In this document: piece after piece, positions 6,901 through 14,042 of the stretch
Layout: every line of letters begins with the position of its first letter
Numbering within the stretch: position 1 is the first letter of the stretch
Source: a virus
Lineage: Duplodnaviria > Caudoviricetes
Direction: 5' to 3' (one strand)
DNA length: 25,076 nt
Virus record (IMG/VR): IMGVR_UViG_3300049629_000033
Coordinates: 1-25,076 of that record
Program-made: the position numbers and the translations under genes
The notes under the pieces: model-generated
Seen by the model: only the letters and a program-made list of their open reading frames with translations
What the model was told of the DNA's origin: nothing
Databases searched by the model: none

Positions 6901-9430
6901 GGGTCGCTACTTGCTGGAGGACGTTTACATCTGGGATAACCAGATACTTCTTACCTCCAAAGAAAACTGCCTTGTATGTTCCACTATCAGCGGAGAGTTT
7001 ATTCCCAGTCAGCTTATTGTATTCCTCGGAGGATATAACTTGAGTGCCTGTGCCTGCCAAGAATCCAGCATTATTAGATACTGCTGTTCGGATAGCGTTC
7101 TTCAGCTTCTGCGCCCGTTTCCCTGTAGCTTGAATCTTTCCAATCACCTTGTCTGTAGCAGACATGAAGGCTTGGAGGACTGGGCGGTCTGGATAGAAGG
7201 TTCCGAATGGTGATCTGCGTCCAGACTCTGGTAGTCCCGGCTGACGGGTAGGAGTTGTGCCTTGCGGATCGATTCCCTGTTCAATAGCTGTAAGTTCAGC
7301 GATCTTATTCTGCTCCGCGAAGATGGCTTGGTTTACCCTATCGATACCTGCTTGATCGTTCTCATCCAAAGCGTCGAACTCTTTGTTGAGTTCTTCGATC
7401 TTGGCTTGAGCTTCTTCTTTTGTAGCGGATGGCTTTACTTCTCCAGCCGCTGGTGCTTCCTTAACCTCTGCTGGGCCTGCGGAGAGCTTATCGAATTGGG
7501 TCTGTAATTGCGCGAGGTTGGCTTTCTTTTCGTTCAGTGCTAGTTCGGCGGCTTGGTATGCTGGCGCGGTCTTTTCAATCGCCTGTAGCCCCATCTCATC
7601 GTCAGCAATCTCTTGCTTCAGATTGTCAATCTCACCGCTAACAGCAGTCATCTGCTGGGCTAGGTCAGATACTGCATCTGGAGCTAACTGGTCAGCAACT
7701 GCATCAGCCTTGGATTCGATATCGGTTTCTTCCGATCCCTCTTCATCTCCCTTCAAGGCTTTGTTCTTTGCTTTCTTTCCAGAAATCATCTGGGTGAAGA
7801 TGGATGTAAGAATACCTGCCGCTCCACCTACCCCACCAGCGTATGCAGTCCCTTCAAAGATGTCTTGGTTGGGATCGTAGACATACTTCTTAACGAGGTT
7901 GCCTGCGATCTGCTGTGGCATTTCGTTGAACAATGCTTCTTCAGTTCCTTCGATTACAGCTTGAGCGGCCCTGTTCAGACCTCTGTAGATTGCCTCTTGT
8001 TGTTTGGGATCAAATCGACTGATCCACTTTTGCAGTGGTGATACAAGTTCCAATGGTGCTTGAGTTAGAGCAGAGAAGAGTGCCGCTTGATTCGCTTGCT
8101 CTTCAGTAGCTCCATCTGATTTCGCTTCAGAGTATCCTGCCCACGCAGAGTTAAGTCCACCAAATGTAAGTGTAGTTCCCTTCTGGAAAAGATTGATCGC
8201 CCTCGCAGAGTTCAATCCGAGCGATAAACGTGCGGCGTTTCCGAGCGCACCAACAGTAACTGCGGCTCCAGTGAAACCAATTCCGCCAGATACATCCCTT
8301 CCGAATTGCGCCAACGCACCAACCTTTCTTGGGTCTTGGCCTTTCAGTCTCATTTGGTCTGCATATTCAGCGGCATCGATTAGCGATTGCCCAGACTGCT
8401 CAAATCCAGCTTCCTTTAGAAGCATACCAATCGGGCCAATAGTTCCAGACCCAACTGCTCCAGCGTATCCATCCCATGCTCGCTTGAAGATATCCGTAGC
8501 GGTATCCATGAAGTCGGGCGAGGTCATTGCCCATTCCTCCGCGAGCTTCCTTACATCGACATTCCTCTTGAGTTCTTCGATTCTTGCTGGTGCTTCTTCT
8601 GCTCCAAGATACTGACCAGCCATCCGCGACATCATGCCCGGAGTGTCGATTCCCTTGGTCTTTAGGTAGTCCAAGAATTTATCGTTTCCGATAATGTTAT
8701 CTATGAACTCGCGCTGATCACCGATAACCTCTGCCGCCGCGAAAGTCCTTGTTCGGATTGGAACAGTTGTTATCTCTCCTTTTCCTCCACCTTCTCCAAG
8801 TCCAGTCTCTACATCTACAGAAACTCCCTTCTTTCCGGTAATCAATCTACTCAAGAAATCTAATTGATTAGCCTCATGTGCCTGTTGAGTTTCTTGCAGC
8901 TTGGATATTTCTGATCGCAATGGCAGAGCCTTATCACGATACTCGTATAATGGAAGTTTCGTTGCTTCAGATAGTTCTTTATATTTTTGCTTGATCAGGT
9001 TCCCACGGAAGTCCAGCGTCATCCCATCTGGGCTGATAGGTTCTTGGATTGTCTTTCCTAAGATATCAATCGCTTGAGCGCGGCGAACCTCTACAGGCTT
9101 ACCCTCCTCATCTTCCATGAAGGTTTTGGTTTGCCCCGGCTCCATATCCAATACATCTGGGCCACCGACCATAGGCTCTCCGCCTACAGGAAGACCTCCA
9201 GAGAGGTTGATCATCTCTGGGACTCGCTTAATTTTTTTGAAAACCTCTTGCTCGGAAATTACTGTAGCTTGTGGACTAGTTGTATAATATTCCGCGATCT
9301 GATCTAACTTATATCCAGATTTTAATGCTTCACCGATTTTTGGATTCTGCTCCGATAAAAGAGAAGATATTTGATCATCAGTATATCTAGCCTCTCTTGC
9401 TTTTTTGAGTGTATCAAGAGTTAATATCAT
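971..9430 (-). CDS. giant internal virion/ejection protein (polyvalent protein with metallopeptidase-like, GNAT and ART-like modules)
   Basis: 2819 aa and the last gene of the virion module. Features: N-terminal AREARYTDDQI...LKSGYKLDQI; a hydrophobic G/A-rich segment; a coiled coil; EEEMIH...QEF; GNAT motifs RGKGTGS and FYRKNGF; ART-PolyVal-like GSFFA..A..Y..YIKMDNP...GYDGV...VVFNPNQAKSA; and a C-terminal FIPFTN...YSVRIGDKYIS region resembling LPD38-type ejection protein tails. Confidence 0.85.
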   Translation of the reverse strand: MILTLDTLKKAREARYTDDQISSLLSEQNPKIGEALKSGYKLDQIAEYYTTSPQATVISEQEVFKKIKRVPEMINLSGGLPVGGEPMVGGPDVLDMEPGQTKTFMEDEEGKPVEVRRAQAIDILGKTIQEPISPDGMTLDFRGNLIKQKYKELSEATKLPLYEYRDKALPLRSEISKLQETQQAHEANQLDFLSRLITGKKGVSVDVETGLGEGGGKGEITTVPIRTRTFAAAEVIGDQREFIDNIIGNDKFLDYLKTKGIDTPGMMSRMAGQYLGAEEAPARIEELKRNVDVRKLAEEWAMTSPDFMDTATDIFKRAWDGYAGAVGSGTIGPIGMLLKEAGFEQSGQSLIDAAEYADQMRLKGQDPRKVGALAQFGRDVSGGIGFTGAAVTVGALGNAARLSLGLNSARAINLFQKGTTLTFGGLNSAWAGYSEAKSDGATEEQANQAALFSALTQAPLELVSPLQKWISRFDPKQQEAIYRGLNRAAQAVIEGTEEALFNEMPQQIAGNLVKKYVYDPNQDIFEGTAYAGGVGGAAGILTSIFTQMISGKKAKNKALKGDEEGSEETDIESKADAVADQLAPDAVSDLAQQMTAVSGEIDNLKQEIADDEMGLQAIEKTAPAYQAAELALNEKKANLAQLQTQFDKLSAGPAEVKEAPAAGEVKPSATKEEAQAKIEELNKEFDALDENDQAGIDRVNQAIFAEQNKIAELTAIEQGIDPQGTTPTRQPGLPESGRRSPFGTFYPDRPVLQAFMSATDKVIGKIQATGKRAQKLKNAIRTAVSNNAGFLAGTGTQVISSEEYNKLTGNKLSADSGTYKAVFFGGKKYLVIPDVNVLQQVATQGEQRAASRDAALDQESRAAAKKLEEEMIHLSMFQGIQDEYKALKKPKLTEQEYIVKRISDIAKEVKRTNPNALPGVSEVYLNDKTKLLDDLTFSQEFMRMVAQRVRTGQITEDLNAIRAAERETFSDKDKGIIRAWKDSLLNALQFLRTSIARYLGKGTSTKEVEKMLNTMNTILDEYGIVKGEANYEFKDYSAAQPKGELKPISTEDERFIEERKNASKQKRQEENLKFGEYGEDVNKLENKWEKSGVELILFPSEQNIEITIIRVPENVRGKGTGSSVINDVKALAAKYSKSIVLKSEDIDGIGKNPDEFYRKNGFIETGDGKFIYTTKEATPTVKESLTVEPEVSETITPAIEAKAQPYYEIFEIFNKYGENRREEMIQATADNPEQAAQLIRQTDKYRRLATLKRNKQIRLFSMGQPAVKRLPGQSGIIAEAGVTPQMDVEYAQAIKGDTGNDTITPKTNQETWANNNPKSASKIRSLIFQRLRQVGHLWKGSWKPPMFKAASKDFKSAGGDVGSFFAETKEHAMDYLERGGKIFTAYIKMDNPANSPDIIRVLSKAFPQYAEQFIEDEGDWGSVMSTGGIDDGAKFVKAMQDAGYDGVYQWDGADSVAVVFNPNQAKSADLATFTSRGKVIPISERFSPESPLIARAGVTPEGEPMSKKSESAMKRISNQMISDLDALVETLKPKRSKALTEYKSRTIQKGKTYPKSLISPYSVAANLFTSDAFTDGVNALNKITRGNPDADFFSIAEGVSDIDYGRVKNRYSIDLEEQYVLAKVMYDLMPVFIDQVNESSMPNSARESFRLQARKVQADLARKVVMMNASGGRITRYAGTLRGIGSAGTAIDSYKSSIIDAMGNIYALTKVPFENIANAIRGDRRKSVDKVANIQSVFRKAVSLIKQSQLNPEKVRQSIRAEVGKRKNESTRKILLDFSAGLFDTKEDKYANMIVDQTVQNILAIGMNRKGFSIENVSNFMYQSFAAAAKQMGVQMAGVPKQKAGKRSGKYLEMVKAVIGNDNAYKAFLADLSNRMAEKYQSKEAFNKDFADLFKSLRSNEWSDSLRTQAIKDATDAINYKFADLFQYLGEKRNAAQAGVREHIRAELRGTGASNELIDKFIADADAYLNQETNRILTEKLGFTVNEETGKVTPKPLMSKKIKEEAEAQFKNIKNLKDITKLSLTDEGNFKEGLISRIITEIGMSKENATELADLISSEMDKALIAQRSENLTTALKKAEEVLTNNKIKRNTNQRTLLQRLIQMANMGMLDSEMVYEAFRQTHDFDKNYLPYDAEFVNTIRQWGDRISLLPEGVIRSIEEEKMGRALLEKSKFTSGDILSSYWYWSLLSQLATPSLNIFSGAMNLLSNVAVWSTYSPKTAIPMLQGLFNAMMGKNTPAVNSFLYVMRFGLNPSGMDDERRGKYPKMNVIENAKPENAGKIVSFLTTFGDGRINFLPSFVNAGLKAVSPRSLMRSLRATDAFLKEVAFEAKLAQAGASPYSKEGYEIARRQAELELVSSKTTGKQKEQEIVIRANEIYRDQRAAKAKVDIKQVEQDALETVYGQAPQGIVGRVANFVNGLLADYAGIKFFIPFTNVVANVTNEFINYTPGLSQIKYVQARRNGVNDPFTGGRSEKEYELLIKGGIGFLTFAAAALTQAFQSGDEEDPEKRPAIQFYAEGPRDPKQNRIWAQNGGIKYSVRIGDKYISLLGTPLVIPLSMSALVSEEVQAVRKKQKSLTEIDKSEVLASIAVAAPTLVFTSVLNQSFLTGLADIFGLTQAKDPVKEGQGIMSGIIGRLLVPGQLRDITKLTTDQRAVGSTWASNLLKEMPGAINFLNKDVNYFGDPARYPSLVEENGVGRRLASIIGRLASSETPDPGFKIMYDLNLTPPSWDNSLKWSDGKRMTKSQELEFIRTAGPRMRDWIVENEDSLKNPTPTEAQEEKGLTPQEVSQELLNDEIGKIRSEARKDLEQNMELDFSAM
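3843..3858. repeat. palindrome copy, TTATCGTTTCCGATAA (intragenic)
   Basis: Identical to copy 1; encodes VIGNDN on the minus strand. Confidence 0.8.
5845..5860. repeat. palindrome copy, TTATCGTTTCCGATAC (intragenic)
   Basis: 15/16 match to copy 1; read in a different codon phase (VSETIT). Confidence 0.75.
5869..5895. repeat. 27-bp inverted repeat CAACTGTCAAGGA-T-TCCTTAACAGTTG
   Basis: 13-bp arms with 12/13 complementarity. Confidence 0.7.
8679..8694. repeat. palindrome copy, TTATCGTTTCCGATAA (intragenic)
   Basis: Identical to copy 1; encodes IIGNDK. Confidence 0.8.
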
Positions 9431-9439
9431 TTAATACTA

Positions 9440-10810
9440 TTATTGATTTTGAAGTATATTTCCAAGACCTTTTTTCCAGTCTTGTCCTGTGGCGGGCATT
9501 TGTCCAGATCGTGCTACAACAACGCCAATTGGCCTTCCCAATCCGGGCAGATTTTGCAACAATTCAAACGCATCTCCCAATCCCATGTTTTTAATTACTC
9601 CATCTTCGCTAACTCCTGTTATAGGCAAGCTAACCATCTTAACTTTGCCTTCTTTTTCTTTTCTTGGGAATTTAATTACTTTTGGATTCGACGCTGATGG
9701 AGGCGGGAAATTCTCTATTGATCCGTAGTCTTCAAATAAATCTTTCATTTCTTTGCTTTCCATCTTCGAAAGCGCCTTTGTTATATTTATCTTTAGCGCC
9801 CTTCTCTCTTTTTCCAATTCTGTGTTAACTTTATTTCTATCCATTGAGACATTAAAGATATCTCCTTTTGCTGTGATTTTTATTTCTTTATCGAGGTTTT
9901 GCTCTTTAGGAAAATAAATAGTTCCGACATTGTATTTGTCTGCGCCACTAAAGTCGAGCGGATCGTGTGTTTGTGACAGCTCTTTTAGTTTAGGTGATGC
10001 TGGATCGATTGCTTGGTTATACCATGCCTTTCCTGTTCCTTGCGTTTCTGCTACTTTTTTGTTTTCTTGGAAAAATGCCCTTGCCTCCTCTTGTGCTGGA
10101 GTTGGTTGCTGTTGAGCGTTACCTCTCGTTGGCGTCCACGGCGCAGGGTTATCAATAAGCCCTGTTCCTCCACCTACTGGAAGTTCATCCAGTCTAGGCT
10201 GGGCGTAGTATGTTTTATTATCTTTTCCTTGAACAGCAACGCTAAATTGCTTATTTCGGACAGCACTTATTCCTTTAGTTGTATCGACGTCTTCCATTCC
10301 GGGGGCGTTAATTATTTCTACGCCTGTAACGATTTGGGCTGGGACATTTGGAGTTCCTACATCTTGGCTTCCACCAGCACCTCCATCTCCTCCCGTTCCG
10401 CCGCCTCCTGTTCCATCTCCGCCAGTTGGCAATGGAAGTCCAAGCTCTTTTGCTATCAAGAAATCAACAAGGCTAGTTCCTCCTGTCCTTTTAGCATCTG
10501 TAGTTTGATTAATCGCATCGAATCCAAGTTTTACGAATCCTGCAAGCTGTGGATTTTTTAGCGTTTGAGTATCAAGTGATCCAAGTAATTTGGAGTATGC
10601 CTGACCGGGCTTTCCATTTTCAGCATCAGTCATTGCTGCTTGTAGGTTCTGTTTTAAGAATGGCAGCATCTCTTGCGCTTGCCTATTCTGTTCTCGTTCA
10701 CGAAGATTTTTACTTACACTATCTCCGATTTTAGCCAAAGAGTCCGCAACCCAGTCTGTTGACTTGGATGCTTCATCTGTTCCCTTCATTATGAGTTCCG
10801 CGATAGACAT
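9440..10810 (-). CDS. probable internal virion/ejection protein
   Basis: 456 aa with a helical N-terminus and a Gly-rich linker (GGDGTGGGGTGGDGGAGGS); lies between the pilot-like gene and the giant gene, as in podovirus ejectosome loci. Confidence 0.65.
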   Translation of the reverse strand: MSIAELIMKGTDEASKSTDWVADSLAKIGDSVSKNLREREQNRQAQEMLPFLKQNLQAAMTDAENGKPGQAYSKLLGSLDTQTLKNPQLAGFVKLGFDAINQTTDAKRTGGTSLVDFLIAKELGLPLPTGGDGTGGGGTGGDGGAGGSQDVGTPNVPAQIVTGVEIINAPGMEDVDTTKGISAVRNKQFSVAVQGKDNKTYYAQPRLDELPVGGGTGLIDNPAPWTPTRGNAQQQPTPAQEEARAFFQENKKVAETQGTGKAWYNQAIDPASPKLKELSQTHDPLDFSGADKYNVGTIYFPKEQNLDKEIKITAKGDIFNVSMDRNKVNTELEKERRALKINITKALSKMESKEMKDLFEDYGSIENFPPPSASNPKVIKFPRKEKEGKVKMVSLPITGVSEDGVIKNMGLGDAFELLQNLPGLGRPIGVVVARSGQMPATGQDWKKGLGNILQNQ

Positions 10811-10822
10811 GATATTTATTTT

Positions 10823-11857
10823 TTAAGATGTTTGCGATCTTCCATATGCAGCTAGTTGTGAATCAATTAAGCTACCTAATGAACCGGCTTGAGTTGATCC
10901 TCCGCCATAAGGATTTTGCGCTACGTTTAATCCCTGATTAGCTGCATTAATCTGATATCCAGTAAACAATGCACTAGAGGTAGCCTTACCAATGTCAGAG
11001 ACACCTCTTCCTACTGCTTGCTGTGCGGCATAGCTTGCGGCGATGTTTTCTTTATTCGCTCCGTAGATTTGATCTGCCAAACCGGATTGAGCCTTGTAGA
11101 TGTTAGTGAACATATCAGATGTCATCTTGGCTTTCTGCAAGCCGACTTCTGCTTGGGCTGTTTGGTATCCAAGTTGAACCCTACCCACATCAAGCGGGTC
11201 TGCTGTGAATGCTCGCGCTAATTGCTGCCAGTTCTGTGCTGTGCCTTGAACGGATGGCATTGCGGAAAGTCCCATGCCTTGAACCTGCAATGAAGTCAGT
11301 CCAAGGTTTCTTGCTAACTGACCTTGTGCCGCTTGGAACCCTCCAGTTCGCCCTGCTGTCGCTGGGCTGAATCCTGCGCCTGCACTCTCTGCGACATTGC
11401 GTGTGATCTGATCTTTAACATCTTGTGGGATATCACCGCGAAGATATTGTGAGATGACATCCATCGCTTGACCGATTTGAGTCTGCGCTTGCTGGCGTTG
11501 CTGTGCTGCTCCGGGTTGGAATGTTTCAAGTTGCTTCCTATAGTAATCTGAAATCTGACCAGCATCACCGATCATTGCTCCAAGGTTATACTCTGGAGCT
11601 TTAACTTCTTCGATCATTCCTTGGACTTGTTGCTGTCCTTTAAGAAGTCCTTTAGTAGCTTTTCTTTGTTGTTGCTGAAACTTCTTTGCTGCCGCGCCTT
11701 GAGCTTTACTTGCCCTTGATGCCGCCGACATTGAGATAGCCGATGACCCTGCTGCTGCTCCAACTGCAACCACACCAGCACCAATAGCGAATGCGCTAGT
11801 GTGAAACATCTGTGGATGTCTATTGTTGCCTAGCGGGTCTGGTAAAAGAAATCTCAT
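10823..11857 (-). CDS. probable ejection (pilot-like) protein
   Basis: 344 aa with an N-terminal hydrophobic G/A/S stretch (AFAIGAGVVAVGAAAGSSAISMSAAS), then basic and A/Q-rich helical sequence; ATGA-coupled to the upstream gene. Confidence 0.7.
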   Translation of the reverse strand: MRFLLPDPLGNNRHPQMFHTSAFAIGAGVVAVGAAAGSSAISMSAASRASKAQGAAAKKFQQQQRKATKGLLKGQQQVQGMIEEVKAPEYNLGAMIGDAGQISDYYRKQLETFQPGAAQQRQQAQTQIGQAMDVISQYLRGDIPQDVKDQITRNVAESAGAGFSPATAGRTGGFQAAQGQLARNLGLTSLQVQGMGLSAMPSVQGTAQNWQQLARAFTADPLDVGRVQLGYQTAQAEVGLQKAKMTSDMFTNIYKAQSGLADQIYGANKENIAASYAAQQAVGRGVSDIGKATSSALFTGYQINAANQGLNVAQNPYGGGSTQAGSLGSLIDSQLAAYGRSQTS

Positions 11858-12342
11858 TTGATTAAGTCCGTTCGGTTATGCCGCCACTTCTGCACCCTTG
11901 GGTCTTCCTTGGCGATATGAGGATTAAAGTCTCTAGAAGTGATCGTGTCAATAATTTCGTCTGGATCAGTTAAGTCTGTGACGTGGCAGGTAGTCCAGAT
12001 TGTGTCACGATGGGTGTAAAGCATTCGCCTTGTTCCTGCTTCTGTGATCCCGCTGTAGCCTGTTTTGTAGCGGTGGGCAGGGATACCATGATACCATACA
12101 GTTACATCGCCCTTCATTACGAAGAATGGATGCGTAGTAAGATGGAGCAAGGTTGTGAGAATCGTATCCTTCGGCATATAGATTTCTCGAATATACATCC
12201 CCGGAGTGAACTTGTGAACCAGCGGACATTCCCTTGGAGGAAGTTTTAGAATCTCTACATCCATCAAGTTGAGTTCGTAGTCTGGATCACCATATCCAAC
12301 GACGTTCCTTGCATCAATCTTGTCTGGAATTGTCAGCGTCAT
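11854..12342 (-). CDS. cupin-like phage protein
   Basis: Motif HKFTPGMYIREIYMP...HLTTHPFFVMKGDV...GTRR...DTIWTTCH, resembling the small beta-barrel protein often found upstream of podovirus internal-protein genes. Confidence 0.65.
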   Translation of the reverse strand: MTLTIPDKIDARNVVGYGDPDYELNLMDVEILKLPPRECPLVHKFTPGMYIREIYMPKDTILTTLLHLTTHPFFVMKGDVTVWYHGIPAHRYKTGYSGITEAGTRRMLYTHRDTIWTTCHVTDLTDPDEIIDTITSRDFNPHIAKEDPRVQKWRHNRTDLIK

Positions 12343-13301
12343 CGATATAAGAAGTAGTCGTTAGGTGATGGAGAGAGTAGATCAGACCCAACTAGGTTTT
12401 CTGCCCGACTATAGTTAGCAAAGCGAATTGGCCCTGCTGTTGGTATCTCCAAGTTCTCCATCTCCTTTTCTTGCTCCTGCACGGCAAGGGATAGATTGCT
12501 CAAGAACTCTTGCGCCTTACGATTCTCACGCGAGTTCAATGCCAGAACCGCATAGATCATCGCATCTGGGATGAACTCGACCAACTCCTTCGGATCGGTC
12601 AGATCAAAGTATTTCTTCGATGCGTAAAGCGTAATACACTCGCAGGTCTTCGGTGCTTTGAATCGTCGGAAGGTTGGGTTAGCATCGTTCGGTTGATAGA
12701 TTGCTATCAGCGTCTTTGCTTCCAATGCGGTATCGTAGGCATACACGCGAATCCTTCCTTTGGTAATTGGCTTACTGACTGCCCGAATTCCTTTCACAAG
12801 AAGATCAGACTTTGCCAGCGTTGGAGGATTAGCAGTAGTCACCTTAACCTTATGGTAGGTGTCATACTGGTCTTGTGCTTCAAACATCAACTCTACGCCG
12901 ATGTCTTCAGCTTCCTCGGCCATTACTCCGATTTGGTATGGATGCGTTGTGTAGTCGCGGAAGAGAACATGGAGTCCCCCTACCTCTACAATTCCCCTAT
13001 GGCATGAGTGATCCGCATGAAGAGCAAAAGCGTTGGTCGCATTGAACCATTCATCAGCGAGGCTCGCAGAGTTATCTCCGATCCAAGCAAGTTTGATTTG
13101 CTCGTATCGGGCTGGAAGCGTGAAGCAATCGTTCACACAGCAAATCTGGACATACTCTTCTTGCGAAGTCCATGCCCGTTTATTCCAAAGTAGTCTCCTT
13201 GCTTGGTTTACGGCTTTGACTCCGCGCTCGTATGAACAAGTGCCTGAATCTCCGACGAACCCCTTCACAAGCTCTACCATCTCTTCGAGGGTATCGGCCA
13301 T
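12339..13301 (-). CDS. probable head-tail adaptor / tail tubular protein A-like
   Basis: 320 aa. N-terminal TL.EM...VNQARRLL...W...FTLP and C-terminal IPDAMIYAVLA...KAQEFL helices are typical of adaptor proteins; position near the nozzle gene. Confidence 0.6.
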   Translation of the reverse strand: MADTLEEMVELVKGFVGDSGTCSYERGVKAVNQARRLLWNKRAWTSQEEYVQICCVNDCFTLPARYEQIKLAWIGDNSASLADEWFNATNAFALHADHSCHRGIVEVGGLHVLFRDYTTHPYQIGVMAEEAEDIGVELMFEAQDQYDTYHKVKVTTANPPTLAKSDLLVKGIRAVSKPITKGRIRVYAYDTALEAKTLIAIYQPNDANPTFRRFKAPKTCECITLYASKKYFDLTDPKELVEFIPDAMIYAVLALNSRENRKAQEFLSNLSLAVQEQEKEMENLEIPTAGPIRFANYSRAENLVGSDLLSPSPNDYFLYR

Positions 13302-13306
13302 AGGGA

Positions 13307-13322
13307 TTATCGTTTCCGATAA
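13307..13322. promoter_or_regulatory. palindrome copy, TTATCGTTTCCGATAA (gene junction)
   Basis: Abuts the upstream TAA (13325-13323) and lies 5 nt before the ATG at 13301. Confidence 0.8.
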
Positions 13323-13487
13323 TTATTTCGAGCCAACGGGCTTTCCAGACTTGGGAAGCGGTGCGCTGGAGTATGGGTTCTTCCCAGTGTTGGGAGGATT
13401 CATATTGCCCATGCCTTCACGGATCATGCCGCGAGTTGGTGCGCCGCCGCTGACGAGTTTAGGATCAGTTCCTTTTAGTGGTGTCAT
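13323..13487 (-). CDS. small basic Pro/Gly-rich hypothetical protein (54 aa)
   Basis: Not in the ORF track; manual translation MTPLKGTDPKLVSGGAPTRGMIREGMGNMNPPNTGKNPYSSAPLPKSGKPVGSK. It fills the gap, has an A-rich leader, and its stop abuts the palindrome. Confidence 0.7.
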   Translation of the reverse strand: MTPLKGTDPKLVSGGAPTRGMIREGMGNMNPPNTGKNPYSSAPLPKSGKPVGSK

Positions 13488-13514
13488 ATATTTAGTTTTC
13501 TTATGGCTTGTTTA

Positions 13515-14039
13515 TTACGAAGTATGAACTGCCATCCATTCAATACTCGTTATGTTTGAAATGTTGTTTTCGACACGAATTGAAAATCCAGTCGTTGTTT
13601 TGCTCCCGTCATTTAATGAAAATAAAGGAGTCGCAGAAGTTCCAATTGTTCCAGTGCAAACTGGAGTAATTGATACTGCATAGTTTACATTTGGAAGTGC
13701 GGCAAAAGAAACTGTTTGAATTGAGTCGGCTGGAACCGAAGGCACTCCTGTTACTACACCCCTTCTAACATTGACTACAGGAATAGCGTTAACCTGCGTA
13801 GTAAGATTGGCAATGTTTGTTGTGTTTGCCGAAATCTGATTCTGCTGGTCAGCAAGGTCTTCGTTGATTTGAGCAATCTGCGCTGGAGTTACATCGCCCA
13901 ATCCCGGAACATTGATGGTTCCGTTAGTAAGAACTTCATCAATGAATACTTGAAATACATTCTGCCAGTTACCAGTTGGACAAAAATCATCTGGAACATT
14001 TGGAAATGTAAGTGCTGGCGATGAAGACTGATTGTCCAT
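13515..14039 (-). CDS. probable tail structural protein
   Basis: 174 aa with a short coiled coil and a C-terminal beta domain (VSFAALPNVNYAVSIT...KTTTGFSI...IEWMAV) of the kind found at fibre tips. Confidence 0.6.
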   Translation of the reverse strand: MDNQSSSPALTFPNVPDDFCPTGNWQNVFQVFIDEVLTNGTINVPGLGDVTPAQIAQINEDLADQQNQISANTTNIANLTTQVNAIPVVNVRRGVVTGVPSVPADSIQTVSFAALPNVNYAVSITPVCTGTIGTSATPLFSLNDGSKTTTGFSIRVENNISNITSIEWMAVHTS

Positions 14040-14042
14040 AAA

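Noticed and set aside
971-9430. Giant protein as a virion RNA polymerase, with the palindromes as N4-like hairpin promoters
   Set aside because: I saw no DxDGD or T7/N4-type polymerase motif, and EDIDG lies inside the GNAT module. A remote fold cannot be excluded without structure prediction.
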